Source of the DNA: Polyangiaceae bacterium
GTDB lineage: Bacteria; Myxococcota_A; Polyangia; Polyangiales; Polyangiaceae
Direction of reading: 5' to 3'
Length of the DNA stretch: 64,000 nt
Assembly (NCBI GenBank): GCA_033763455.1
Contig: JANRKO010000028.1
Coordinates: 160,001 to 224,000, forward strand
The number at the start of each line of letters is the position of its first letter. Position 1 is the first letter of the stretch. Of the stretch, positions 54,392-64,000 are shown piece after piece. The notes under the pieces are model-generated. The model made no database searches, was not told where the DNA came from, and saw only the letters and a list, made by a program, of their open reading frames with translations. The translations under genes and the position numbers were made by a program.

Positions 54392-57031
54392 CTACAGTTC
54401 CACACGCGCCACGAAGAACTTGTTATTCTCTGCTGGCGTAGTGATCAACGTGAAGGCTTTCACCTTACCTAGCTCGCTCTTGAGCGTCTTAAGCCGGCTG
54501 TGTTCGGTGGTGAAGAACATCACCTGCGTGCCACTCGCACGTTGATGGCGCAGGTATGTCTGAAAGGCTTTGCCGGTAGTGACATAGGCCGGCAGCTGAT
54601 TGCCCGTGTAAAAATTCTCTCCCTTCCAGTTCATTTGGAAGGCAACGAGGGGTTCGGAAGGGCTCCTCCTTGCGCGGTAATAAGCCGAAATGGTGGAGCG
54701 TTGGCCCCAATGCTCGGCCGTTTGCGTGAGGTATACGTTCACACCAAAGCCGGCCCAAATCACGCTAAGCGCGCAGAAAGTCAGGAATGCAGCCCTCCTT
54801 GTTCGTGCGAGGCACAAGAGGAAGCTTACGAGCACGAATGCTGCAACGAACGCTTGCAGGGTACGCGAGTAATCCAGGTTGGCGGGCCATGCGCGATCGT
54901 AGATGTAGGTAAAGAGCGCGATGAGCCGCGAGGCTGGCTCAACATCTCCTGGAAACTGAAATACAAAATCGCGACCGATGGTGGCAAGCAGGCACGCCGC
55001 TGCAAAGCTTAGGGGGGCGTAGCGCATCACCGCATTCGGATCTTGAGCGAGTGAATCAGCGGAGGAGAGATTGCGGTTGCGAGTGAAGATGGGCGCAAAC
55101 GTTACAGCCGTTAATATGGCAATCGGAGGCACGGCGGGGAGGATGTAGTGGTGAAATTTCGTGAGCGTGACAGAAAATACGCCGTACGCGCACAAGAGCC
55201 ACAAGAACAGGAAAGCGAGTGCGTGGCGTTGCCGTTCGGGCGCCTCGGAGTCAGCAAAAACACCTGCCCCGAGCCCAACCGCGGCCAGGCCTGACCACGG
55301 GAACAAGCCGTAGCCAAGTTGCCAAAGGTAGTAGCGGAAGGACGTGTCGGTGCCTGCATTCGTATCGTGCACGTGCTCGAAAGCGCGCTTGTACATGTCG
55401 TGCAGGAACAGCCGTTCTGTGAAACCCGAGCCGTGGCGCGCGTACATTTGCACCAACCAAGGTAGCGCAATGCAGGCAAGCAACAGGCCAAGGGCAGGAA
55501 AATCTGCCTGCCGTAGTAATTGCCAGCGGCCGGTGAGCAAGGCGAAGGCTATCCAAGTGCAAAGTGGGATAACCAAGCCCGGAGCACCTTTGGCCATGGT
55601 GCTCAGAGCCAGAGCAACCCAAGCGAACCAGAATAACAAGCGCTGCTCACGGCGCTCGTGTCGCGCTGTCCACAGGAAGTAGCCGAGCACCCCGAGCCAT
55701 CCGAACCCAGCAATTGCAGGCTCCGGCACCGGAAACAGTGGGTGGATAACCTGGCACAGTGCGTTGCCGGGCAATCCACAATTCCCACCGCCCGAGCCCG
55801 AGCTAAATACGTCGCGGTGAAATGAGAGTATTGGCGCGGCGCCAAAATCGAGCGTGAAATTCCTTGAGATCAGGTAAAGGGCTTGCGGGAGCACTAAGCC
55901 CACGACCACCAGCACCAGCGCGGTAAATAGTGAGAGCTGAAGCGTAAAACTTCGGATTTTTATGCTTACCGTCGGCGCCTCTGCATCGTCCGGCGTGTTG
56001 GCGCCTAGTAGTAACAAAGCCATGCCGGCAACCATCGGTGCCACGTAGGCCATGTCCGTTACAGACTGGCGCGCCAGCAGATACCAGTAGGGCATGCTCG
56101 TGATCATGAGCCCCCCCAAAAACGCGACGTTCGAGCCCCAAACACGCCTGATGGCTACATACAACAGGCAAACGCTCGCCAGCGCTGCCAGGAAGTTGGG
56201 GAACCTTGCCGCCCACTCTGGCTCTGCCAAGCCGTAAGCGCCTACGAGCATTTGATCCGGCGCGTATCCCACCCCCAAGGCGGCAAAGCTTACGCCCTGC
56301 ATCCAGAAACTCAAGATCGGCTTGGACCAAAACCAACCGTCTTGGGCCCACCACAAGCTGATCCAATCATCCCGGGTTAACATCTCGCGGGCAACTTCGC
56401 CGTAGTGCGTCTCCCAGGGATCGATGAGGGAGAATTTGCCTAGAAGCGGTAGGTGGAGCAGCGCGTTCAGCGTTACAAGCCACAGGCCCTTGCGGCCGAG
56501 CAGCTGAAGCGGGCGTGGTTGCCTTTCGGTGCCGCGAAATCTTCCTGCTAGCAGGCAGAGCGAGAAGACGCACCAAAGGAAAGTGAGCGTAACGATCGCT
56601 CCAGCTAGCCAGATAGTGCCACCAAAAACTCCCGCCACTGCGCCGCGCAGCGCAAGCAGAAGTACCGTGCAGGCGCTCACCAGATGTAGAAGGGGCAGCA
56701 ATAAAGCTATGCCCTGTACCGACAAGGGTGCGGGTTTTTCGGACAACTCGGGTGTGCGTTCTGCTGGCCCTTGAGCGGTTGAAACCGCGCTTGGAATAAC
56801 AGCGTCGAGTGCCTGGGGTTGGAGCCGCCCGAGAAGCCTCAGCACCAGGACGCTCACCAGCGCTATCGACACCAACCCCAAAGGCAAGCTGAGCGCTTGA
56901 TGCCCCTTTAGGCTCATCACGGCGAGGGTTGGAAGGCACGCCGCCACAAGGAGCACTACAGACCGAAGACGTAGCCCAATTGGCTTGCCGTCATCGTCCG
57001 GTAGCTCTGGAGGAGGCAACGCGTGTGGCAT
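54392..57031 (-). CDS. ArnT/PMT-like glycosyltransferase (GT39/GT83 type)
   Basis: DPWETHYGEVAREM, WFWSKP, ARFP, MAKG, TKFHHYILP; many TM helices; GAGGAG RBS. Confidence 0.88.
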   Translation of the reverse strand: MPHALPPPELPDDDGKPIGLRLRSVVLLVAACLPTLAVMSLKGHQALSLPLGLVSIALVSVLVLRLLGRLQPQALDAVIPSAVSTAQGPAERTPELSEKPAPLSVQGIALLLPLLHLVSACTVLLLALRGAVAGVFGGTIWLAGAIVTLTFLWCVFSLCLLAGRFRGTERQPRPLQLLGRKGLWLVTLNALLHLPLLGKFSLIDPWETHYGEVAREMLTRDDWISLWWAQDGWFWSKPILSFWMQGVSFAALGVGYAPDQMLVGAYGLAEPEWAARFPNFLAALASVCLLYVAIRRVWGSNVAFLGGLMITSMPYWYLLARQSVTDMAYVAPMVAGMALLLLGANTPDDAEAPTVSIKIRSFTLQLSLFTALVLVVVGLVLPQALYLISRNFTLDFGAAPILSFHRDVFSSGSGGGNCGLPGNALCQVIHPLFPVPEPAIAGFGWLGVLGYFLWTARHERREQRLLFWFAWVALALSTMAKGAPGLVIPLCTWIAFALLTGRWQLLRQADFPALGLLLACIALPWLVQMYARHGSGFTERLFLHDMYKRAFEHVHDTNAGTDTSFRYYLWQLGYGLFPWSGLAAVGLGAGVFADSEAPERQRHALAFLFLWLLCAYGVFSVTLTKFHHYILPAVPPIAILTAVTFAPIFTRNRNLSSADSLAQDPNAVMRYAPLSFAAACLLATIGRDFVFQFPGDVEPASRLIALFTYIYDRAWPANLDYSRTLQAFVAAFVLVSFLLCLARTRRAAFLTFCALSVIWAGFGVNVYLTQTAEHWGQRSTISAYYRARRSPSEPLVAFQMNWKGENFYTGNQLPAYVTTGKAFQTYLRHQRASGTQVMFFTTEHSRLKTLKSELGKVKAFTLITTPAENNKFFVARVEL

Positions 57032-57099
57032 GCTCCTCTGTCCTAACAGCTTTCGCGGCTCAGGCTCAACTGAGAGTCCGCCTTAGCTTTGGACCGGAA

Positions 57100-58035
57100 T
57101 TAACCTTCAGTGACTACGCGATTGCGACCGCCGTGTTTTGCGGCATAGAGGCGGCGATCGGCGATGGCGATCAATTCACTGCCGAGCGGATCCTGGCACT
57201 CAGCCAGCGTTGCACAGCCAACACTCACGGTAACTTTCAAGGTGTGCTCACCAGCCTTGATGTTCAACTCGGAAAGGGTCTTGCGTAAACGTTCCGCGGC
57301 TAGCGCGGCACCCGCAAGATCGATGTCGCGCAGGATTACGGCGAACTCTTCACCGCCGTAACGTGCGAACACGTCCTCACTCCGGATCATTTGCCGGACG
57401 GCCTGAGCCACTTCGACGAGCACAGCATCTCCCGCCGGGTGCCCGTAGGTGTCATTCACAAGCTTGAAATGGTCGAGGTCGAACATCAGCAAAGAGACGT
57501 CCGTACGGTGTCGGCGTGCGTACGAAAGCTCTGCGTTCATGTGTGATTCGAAATAATCGCGGTTGCGCGCTCCGGTGAGGGGATCGGTAACGCTCGCTGC
57601 ATAGAGCTGGCGCAGCATCTCTTCCTGATCTTCATCTGCGAGCGAATAGCGAAAGACCACAGCGGGCCCAAACTGAATCACATCTCCGTCGCTCAACGGG
57701 TGACGGTTGATGCGCTGCCCCTGCACGAAGGTACCGTTGGCGCTCTCAAGATCACAAATGAGGTATCCCTCGCCGGTGGGTAAGATTTCGGCGTGGCGAC
57801 GACTGATGCCGCTGTCGTTCAGCCAGAGTTCCATTTCCTGGCTCCGCCCGATCCTGAAGGGGCGGGAGGTAAGGCGGATAACCTGACCAAGCTGAGAGCC
57901 GTGCACACCCAACAACAGGTGTCGATCCGCTTGCTTCACGGTGCGCGCGCCGCCAAGATCTTTCAGATCGACCACGGCAGTGCGTTCGTCGGCGCCTGAA
58001 CCGGAAAAGTCGCTGAAATCCCTGCCTGACGTCAT
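57100..58035 (-). CDS. FHA-GGDEF diguanylate cyclase
   Basis: FHA motifs IGR, ISRRHA, SANGT; DLDHFK.VNDTYGH, I-site RSED, RYGGEEF. Confidence 0.95.
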   Translation of the reverse strand: MTSGRDFSDFSGSGADERTAVVDLKDLGGARTVKQADRHLLLGVHGSQLGQVIRLTSRPFRIGRSQEMELWLNDSGISRRHAEILPTGEGYLICDLESANGTFVQGQRINRHPLSDGDVIQFGPAVVFRYSLADEDQEEMLRQLYAASVTDPLTGARNRDYFESHMNAELSYARRHRTDVSLLMFDLDHFKLVNDTYGHPAGDAVLVEVAQAVRQMIRSEDVFARYGGEEFAVILRDIDLAGAALAAERLRKTLSELNIKAGEHTLKVTVSVGCATLAECQDPLGSELIAIADRRLYAAKHGGRNRVVTEG

Positions 58036-58197
58036 TTACTAGGTCCCCATAGATCTACCATGGCCGCACACGCTGCGCGATGCCCGTCGTGGGCGGCGCC
58101 GTGACAAGCCGATTTTGGCCGCGGCCACGAGGCCACCCAGAGCCTGCGCTGGATGGACGAACAAGGAGTGTAGTGTGGCAGTTTGTAGGAGCTGTGG

Positions 58198-60999
58198 TCA
58201 GTTCAGCTCAAGCAATAGTTTCTTGGCGTCTAGAAGAGCCAGCCGCTGAACTCGGAGGGTTTCGAGTTCTTTTGAGGTGACCTCCACCACGTCGGCAGGG
58301 GCGTTCTTAAGGAAGTTCTCATTTTTTAACCGGGCTTCTAGGCCGACAATGTCGCGTTCAATCTTCTTCAGATTGCGTTCGATGCGAGCTTCCTCTTTGG
58401 CTGGATCCAACAGCCCTCGCAAGCCAACGAGGACCTCCACGTTACCAGCAACCGCGGTAACTGCACCGGCTGGACGCTGGGCTTCAGGTACACCTACGCG
58501 GGGTGCCCCGTCCGTTTTCACGAACCACTGGATAAGCGCGCTCTGCTCATTCAGCAAGGCGAGGCTGTCGGGATCGTGTGTTCTGAGCTCCAGCGGTACC
58601 TTGGCTGTCTTGTCGAGGTCGTGGTCACTGCGAATCGTGCGCGCTGCGGTGATAACTGAGGTCAGCAACTGAACCGCGGCTTCCGCCGTGGGGTCGACTG
58701 GGCCACTTTCGCGTGTTGGGTAGGGTGAGAGCGCTATCGAGAGTGGTCGATCTGACGGGCGTGGAATGCGCTGCCACAGCTCTTCGGTGAGGAATGGTGC
58801 GAAAGGGTGCAGTGCACGCAACGCCCCTTCCACCACATAGGCTAAGGTTTGACGAACCTCGGCCTGCTCCGAAGGTGTACCGAGTGTGAGAATGGCTTTG
58901 CTGAACTCCAAGTACCAATCGCACAATTCGTCCCAGAAGAAGTGGTAGATAGCCGAGCTCGCTTCATCCAAGCGGAAAGCCTCGATGCTCTGGCTGGCCT
59001 GTTCCGAAACAGAGCCAAGGCGCGAAAGGATCCAGCGGTTTACCAGGTGTTGTGGAGCGCTGGGCGCTGAAGCTACCGCTTGGCCTTCAATGTGCGGCAG
59101 CGAGTAGCGGACGGCGTTGTAGACCTTGTTGCAGAAGTTGCGATAACCTTCGATGCGCTTTGGCGATAGGCTAATGCGTTTTGCCTGCGGCGAGTAGCTG
59201 CAGAGGGTGAGCCGAATCGAATCCGCCCCGTAGGCGGGAAAAGCTTGACCCATTTGTGCAGTGGATGGGTAAGCCTTCTTGAACTTCTGAAGCGCCTCCG
59301 CGAGCGGTGCGCCGGGCATGGTGCGCTGGGCTACGTGGTCAAAGCTTGAGCCGTGGATCAGATCGAGCGGATCGAGCGTGTTGCCCTTCACTTTGCTCAT
59401 TTTTTCGCCCGTTTCGTCGACCACCATGCCGTGCAGCAGTACTCGTCGAAAGGGCACCTCTCCGGTGAAGTAGAGCCCCATCATGAGCATGCGCGCTACC
59501 CAGAAAAACAGGATATCGTAGCCGGTCTCAAGATCGCTCGTGGGGTAAAAGCGGCGCATTTCGGGCGTTTCATGCGGCCAACCCAGCGTCGAAAAAGGCC
59601 AGAGCCCACTTGAAAACCACGTGTCCAGCACGTCCGGATCTTGCCGGAGCCCGGTACTGCCGCAGCCTTCACAAGCACTCGGCGTACCCGTGCGAGTAAC
59701 CGTCACGTGGTCACAGGCGTCGCAGTAGAACGCTGGGATCTGGTGGCCCCACCAAAGCTGGCGCGAGATGCACCAGTCTTGAATGTTGGTGAGCCAATGC
59801 TCGTAGGTTTTCACCCATTCGGTGGGAATAATCTCCGTTCGCCCGTCGCGCACCGCGGCGAGTGCAGGTTCCGCAAGTGGCTGCATCTTCACGAACCACT
59901 GCGTCGAGATCATCGGCTCAACGATCGTGCGGCACCGTTGGCAACGTGGCACCTGAAGCTTGTGAGCCTTCTCGCCGCGCTCCAAGCCAAGCTCTGCCAG
60001 GGCGAGCTTCACGTCTTTGCGTGCCCGGGCCACGGTGAGGCCCGCAAAACGTCCAGCGTTTTGGTTCAAGGTTCCATCGAGGTTGAGGATGGAGATTTCT
60101 TCGAGACTGTGCCGTTTGCCGGTCGCAAAGTCGTTGAAATCATGCGCCGGCGTCACCTTGACCGCGCCGGTGCCGAACTTCATATCAACGAGAATTGCGT
60201 CGGTAATAACGGGAACTTCGCGATCCAAGAACGGGTGCTTCAGCTTCTTCCCGTGCAGGTGGAGGTAGCGCGGATCTTCGGGGTGCACGGCCACGGCCGT
60301 ATCACCCAGCATGGTTTCAGGGCGGGTAGTGGCCACCACAAGTTCGGTTGGCCCAAGGCTCGCATCGCCGTCTATGAGCTGATAAGCAAACTCATACAGC
60401 TTGCCGTCCGCCTCTTCGTTTTCGACTTCGAGATCGCTGAGCGCGGTGCGGCAATCGCTGCACCAGTTGATAAGCCTCGTGGCACGGTAGATGAGCTTGT
60501 CTTCGTAGAGACGGACGAAAGCTTCGCGCACCGCGTGCGACAAATCTGGGTCCATTGTGAACTTGAGGCGATCCCAATCTGCCGAGCACCCGAGTACGCG
60601 CATCTGCTCAATGATGCGGTTGCCACTTTGTTCTTTCCACTGCCACACCCGCGCAACGAAGCCCTCGCGCCCAAGATCGTGGCGCGATTTGCCTTCCTGG
60701 CGCAGCTGCCGTTCAACTACCGTTTGCGTTGCGATCCCCGCGTGGTCAGTGCCTGGTTGCCAGAGGGTATTGTAGCCTTGCATCCGCTTGTGCCGGATGA
60801 GCACATCTTCGGCCGTTCCCATGAGTGCATGCCCCATGTGGAGCGAGCCGGTCACGTTTGGTGGCGGCAGCGCGATCACGTACACGGGCCGCACATCGCC
60901 GTCGGCCGTGCCGGCCCGGAAGACGCCGTGTTCTGCCCAATAGGCGTACCAGCGCGGTTCGACGTCGGTTGGGTCGTAGACTTTTGGGAGCTCATGCAT
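58198..60999 (-). CDS. valS: Valyl-tRNA synthetase
   Basis: PPPNVTGSLHMGH, ATTRPET, DWCISRQLWWGH, KMSK, coiled-coil C-terminus. Confidence 0.98.
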   Translation of the reverse strand: MHELPKVYDPTDVEPRWYAYWAEHGVFRAGTADGDVRPVYVIALPPPNVTGSLHMGHALMGTAEDVLIRHKRMQGYNTLWQPGTDHAGIATQTVVERQLRQEGKSRHDLGREGFVARVWQWKEQSGNRIIEQMRVLGCSADWDRLKFTMDPDLSHAVREAFVRLYEDKLIYRATRLINWCSDCRTALSDLEVENEEADGKLYEFAYQLIDGDASLGPTELVVATTRPETMLGDTAVAVHPEDPRYLHLHGKKLKHPFLDREVPVITDAILVDMKFGTGAVKVTPAHDFNDFATGKRHSLEEISILNLDGTLNQNAGRFAGLTVARARKDVKLALAELGLERGEKAHKLQVPRCQRCRTIVEPMISTQWFVKMQPLAEPALAAVRDGRTEIIPTEWVKTYEHWLTNIQDWCISRQLWWGHQIPAFYCDACDHVTVTRTGTPSACEGCGSTGLRQDPDVLDTWFSSGLWPFSTLGWPHETPEMRRFYPTSDLETGYDILFFWVARMLMMGLYFTGEVPFRRVLLHGMVVDETGEKMSKVKGNTLDPLDLIHGSSFDHVAQRTMPGAPLAEALQKFKKAYPSTAQMGQAFPAYGADSIRLTLCSYSPQAKRISLSPKRIEGYRNFCNKVYNAVRYSLPHIEGQAVASAPSAPQHLVNRWILSRLGSVSEQASQSIEAFRLDEASSAIYHFFWDELCDWYLEFSKAILTLGTPSEQAEVRQTLAYVVEGALRALHPFAPFLTEELWQRIPRPSDRPLSIALSPYPTRESGPVDPTAEAAVQLLTSVITAARTIRSDHDLDKTAKVPLELRTHDPDSLALLNEQSALIQWFVKTDGAPRVGVPEAQRPAGAVTAVAGNVEVLVGLRGLLDPAKEEARIERNLKKIERDIVGLEARLKNENFLKNAPADVVEVTSKELETLRVQRLALLDAKKLLLELN

Positions 61000-61044
61000 C
61001 GGGGCGCACCCTAATGCTCGAACCCGTGCCTCGCAATCGGGCGG

Positions 61045-61869
61045 CTAGAGCTCGCGCGTAAGGCGGTCGAGCTCTTCGCGGATCATGGTTTCCGCGAGTG
61101 TGGGAACGACTTCCCAGACCGCCTGTTCGATGATTTCGCGCGACAAGGAAAGAACGCCTTGCACCTGTTCAGCGGTGAGACCAAGACCGTTCAGCTTGCC
61201 AGAAAGCCCGTTGGCTGCTGCAGCCTGGATAGCTGGCGCAAGGCCAGGACTCGTCACGTTAGAAGCTCCACTCGTAAACGGCACGGCACTGGGAGGCCGA
61301 GCGTAGTCTTGCGCGCTTGCCCCGGGGGGTGTGCCGGTGGTCAGGGTTGGCGTGCGAGGACGAACTCCCGCGCCCGCGGATGACGGCTGCACTACGGGGG
61401 GTTCAGGCGTGGGCGCCGGGGTACCGTACGAAAGTGTCTGCGCACGCGGTCGCACCGGAGCACTCGTGCTCGAAGCGGCCGGGCTTGGCTGCACCGAGGG
61501 CGCAACTTGTGTGCGGCCGGCGAAGCCACGAACACGATCCAACAGCTGTTGGGTGTCGAAGGGCTTGTCCACGAAGTCGTCGGCCCCAACCTGACCACCT
61601 CGGGTTCGATCGTAGGGCTGCAGCTTGCTCGTCAAGAGAATCACGGCCGTATTCGGAGCCGCGCCTTTTATCCTCTGACAGAGCGAGTACCCGTCGCCGT
61701 CGAGCCCTGCGTCGATCAACGCCACTTCGGGGCGCTCCGATGCCAGCTTGCTCATCGCCTCTTCGGACGTGGCAGCGATGATGGTCCGGTAGTCCTCACC
61801 CGCGAAGGTGATCTCGAGGACTTTTCTCATGGTGTTGCTGTCGTCGACGGCAAGCAAAGTGGTGGCCAA
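61045..61869 (-). CDS. romR: Polarity response regulator RomR-like
   Basis: Receiver domain (AVDDS, LID, KPF), Pro-rich linker, C-terminal IEQAVWEVVPTLAETMIREEL; TTG start with GGAGGA RBS; directly upstream of valS. Confidence 0.85.
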   Translation of the reverse strand: MATTLLAVDDSNTMRKVLEITFAGEDYRTIIAATSEEAMSKLASERPEVALIDAGLDGDGYSLCQRIKGAAPNTAVILLTSKLQPYDRTRGGQVGADDFVDKPFDTQQLLDRVRGFAGRTQVAPSVQPSPAASSTSAPVRPRAQTLSYGTPAPTPEPPVVQPSSAGAGVRPRTPTLTTGTPPGASAQDYARPPSAVPFTSGASNVTSPGLAPAIQAAAANGLSGKLNGLGLTAEQVQGVLSLSREIIEQAVWEVVPTLAETMIREELDRLTREL

Positions 61870-62005
61870 GTGTCCTCCGAAGCGCTTCTTGAATCTTGAG
61901 GGAATATTTCCCTGCAAAAGTAATCATCGGCGGCCCGGCCCAGCCTTGTCAAGGATTTGGCCAGTGTGGATTGGCGCCGTTCGCCCTTGCCCGCCGGCTT
62001 AGCCA

Positions 62006-62038
62006 GCTCCCATTTGTGTCCCCTTTGTCTCCCATTTG
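62006..62038. repeat. 3 x 11-bp tandem direct repeat in the romR/hrcA divergent promoter region
   Basis: GCTCCCATTTG-TGTCCCCTTTG-TCTCCCATTTG, overlapping TTGACC (62036-62041). Confidence 0.7.
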
Positions 62039-62072
62039 ACCGGCGGCCCCCTCTCGGCCCACATTCATATAA

Positions 62073-63125
62073 ATGGCGACCACCGATCTCACCAGGCGCG
62101 CTCGGGCAGTCCTCTACGCGGTAGTCACGGAGTTTATCGCAACCGGGGAACCGGTCGGCAGTCGCACGTTGTCTAAGAAGCCCGAGCTTTTGTTATCGCC
62201 CGCCACGATTCGCAACGTGTTGGCCGATCTCGAGGACGCGGGGTTTCTCCAGCAGCCCCATACTTCAGCAGGGCGAGTTCCCACTGAGGCTGCGTTTCGG
62301 CTGTATATCAACGCTCTTATGCACGTACGGGCGCTCAAGCCTGACGAATCACAAAAGATCGCCCAACGCTTCGAAGAAATGGCGCCCGAGGCAGACATGT
62401 TGCGAGAGACGGGGCGGCTTTTGGCCGAGTTAAGTGGCGCCGCCGCGGTTCTGGTTCGTTCACGCACGGACGGACGGATCGTCGTGAAGATGCGGTTCAT
62501 CCCGACTCGGCCGAGCGAGCTCCTCAGTGTGATCGTTTTCTCGGATGGCTCGGTCGAGAACCGGTTTGTTACGTTCGATACAGCCTTGACCGAGCAGGAG
62601 CTGGAGCGTGTGCACAATATGCTTGAGGAAGCGTGTGAAGGTCGAACGCTGGCGGACGTGCGGGAATACCTCTCCGAAGCACTCTCCAACACACGAGACA
62701 CCCTGCTAAGTTTCCGGCAGTTGGGCTATTCGCTAGCCAATCTAGCGCTTGAGGGCGCATCCACGAGTGTAGAAGTGGTCATTGAAGGCCAGGCGCGTCT
62801 GTTTGAGCAGCCAGAGTTTCGGGATGGAGACCGCGTGCGGGAGCTCCTGCATGTGCTCGACGACCGGGAAAAATTGATCACGCTCCTTGATCGCACGCTG
62901 GAGGCCAGTGAAGTGCGCGTGTTCCTCGGGCAGGAGACAGCCGACGCGGTCGGGTGCCCGGTCAGCTTGGTTGCGGCTCCCTACCTGGCCCAAGGAGGGC
63001 ACCCGGGGGGTGCGGTGGGCGTCCTCGGTCCAACACGGATGGATTATCCCTCCGTCGTCCCGCTCGTCGGCGCTACAGCGGCGGCCATGAGCCGACGTCT
63101 CGGGAAGAATCGCGACAATAGCTGA
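62073..63125 (+). CDS. hrcA: Heat-inducible transcription repressor HrcA
   Basis: TGEPVGSRTL, SPATIRN, QPHTSAGRVPT, GVLGPTRMDY. Confidence 0.97.
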   Translation: MATTDLTRRARAVLYAVVTEFIATGEPVGSRTLSKKPELLLSPATIRNVLADLEDAGFLQQPHTSAGRVPTEAAFRLYINALMHVRALKPDESQKIAQRFEEMAPEADMLRETGRLLAELSGAAAVLVRSRTDGRIVVKMRFIPTRPSELLSVIVFSDGSVENRFVTFDTALTEQELERVHNMLEEACEGRTLADVREYLSEALSNTRDTLLSFRQLGYSLANLALEGASTSVEVVIEGQARLFEQPEFRDGDRVRELLHVLDDREKLITLLDRTLEASEVRVFLGQETADAVGCPVSLVAAPYLAQGGHPGGAVGVLGPTRMDYPSVVPLVGATAAAMSRRLGKNRDNS

Positions 63126-63158
63126 CTTCAGCCGAGGCCCACCGATACCATGGTGGGT

Positions 63159-64000
63159 ATGCCAAATCTTGAAGGTGCCGAAGACAGCGTTCACGCGACC
63201 GACGAGGTGATTCGACTGCTGGCTCACGGCGACCCCAAAGCGGCGCTCGCTTGGGCGGCACCGCTCGTGAAGCTTGCTCCCGCGAGCCCCGTGCACTGGT
63301 TTCTCTTAGGAGTGGCTTTGCACGAGCTTGGGCACGAGGGGCCCGCGACAACAGCGCTCGGCCTGGCCGTGGATCGCGGTATAGCCACCAGCAATCTGCC
63401 GGTTGCGCTCGCCGCGTGCCTGCGCATCGGGGCGCTCGGTGCTAGCAATGAGGCGAGCCTGGAGCGCCTGGCCCGAACGTTTTCCAAAGACTCAAAGCTT
63501 CTACAAGCGCAAACGGACGTACCCCCTTCTCTGCCCGGTCAGCGCATTAAGCTCTCGGCGCTCGCTCCAACGGTGTCTGAAGAGGAGGTGCTCAAGTTAG
63601 TGAACGGGGCCATGGAAGCGGCCTCCGAGTTGCCGGACGCTACCGGCGTCTCTTTTCAGCCGTTGTTTTCGTCGCTAGGCGCAGCCGGCCTCGGGCGCCT
63701 ACTTCAAGCCTTTCGCGTGATTTTTGCTCCCCAAAAGATGATGGTAGTTGAGGAGGGCACTCCAGGGCAGGAGGCGTTTGTGCTGGCGCGCGGAGAGCTT
63801 GAAGTTGTAAAGTCGAATGCCACCGAAGGCATGGTGTTGGCGCGCTTGGGCAATGGTGCACTGTTTGGTGAAATGGCCCTGCTTTCGCGCGCGCCCCGAG
63901 CGGCCAGTGTTGTGGCTGCTCGCCCGTGCATTGTTCTGGTGGCAGAGCGGTCACGCCTCGATAAGTTGGCTGAGGAAGATCCTGAGGTTGGGCACGCCCT
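63159..64000 (+). CDS. Cyclic-nucleotide-binding domain protein with TPR-like N-terminus (runs off the window; absent from the ORF track)
   Basis: Manual translation MPNLEGAED...PLFSSL...EEGTPGQEAFVLARGELEV...GALFGEMALLSRAPRAASV; no stop before the end. Confidence 0.9.
   Translation, partial: MPNLEGAEDSVHATDEVIRLLAHGDPKAALAWAAPLVKLAPASPVHWFLLGVALHELGHEGPATTALGLAVDRGIATSNLPVALAACLRIGALGASNEASLERLARTFSKDSKLLQAQTDVPPSLPGQRIKLSALAPTVSEEEVLKLVNGAMEAASELPDATGVSFQPLFSSLGAAGLGRLLQAFRVIFAPQKMMVVEEGTPGQEAFVLARGELEVVKSNATEGMVLARLGNGALFGEMALLSRAPRAASVVAARPCIVLVAERSRLDKLAEEDPEVGHA

Noticed and set aside
59641..61014. 457-aa antisense ORF over valS (and similar ones at 43150-44139, 34379-35227, 27963-28766)
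   Set aside because: They overlap well-supported genes on the opposite strand and are explained by codon bias.

Overview
A GC-rich bacterial chromosome segment, very likely Myxococcota (Polyangiales/Sorangiineae-like). The evidence is RomR next to valS, a MYXO-CTERM protein, a DUF1552/DUF1592 pair, Gly-rich lipoproteins and a Ser/Thr kinase-STAND protein. The left core block (1-14129) holds grpE-dnaK, a pseudokinase/STAND protein, a dnaA not linked to dnaN, an OM barrel, ccmE(CxxxY)-hemE-hemY and tRNA-Gln(UUG). An accessory tract of about 24 kb (14130-38000) follows the tRNA and has no integrase. It carries carbohydrate and redox genes (XylR-type regulator, GH38 alpha-mannosidase, SMP-30 lactonase, DUF1592/DUF1552 pair, diheme cytochrome, PQQ sugar dehydrogenase). 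It also has a eukaryote-like alkaline ceramidase, adhesin-like lipoproteins, two AAA_14-DUF4143 genes each with a ~37-bp AT-rich palindrome, and several deletion-scar pseudogenes (Rpn nuclease, ACP, phd-vapC, AAA-DUF4143). The right core block (38000-64000) holds an ECF sigma/anti-sigma pair, PP2C, rpiA, mutM, an Omp85 protein, a heterodimeric ABC exporter, cobA-hemD, a GT39, FHA-GGDEF, valS, romR, hrcA and a partial cNMP-binding protein. No CRISPR array or rRNA was seen. All family calls come from motif recognition by eye; no database searches were run.
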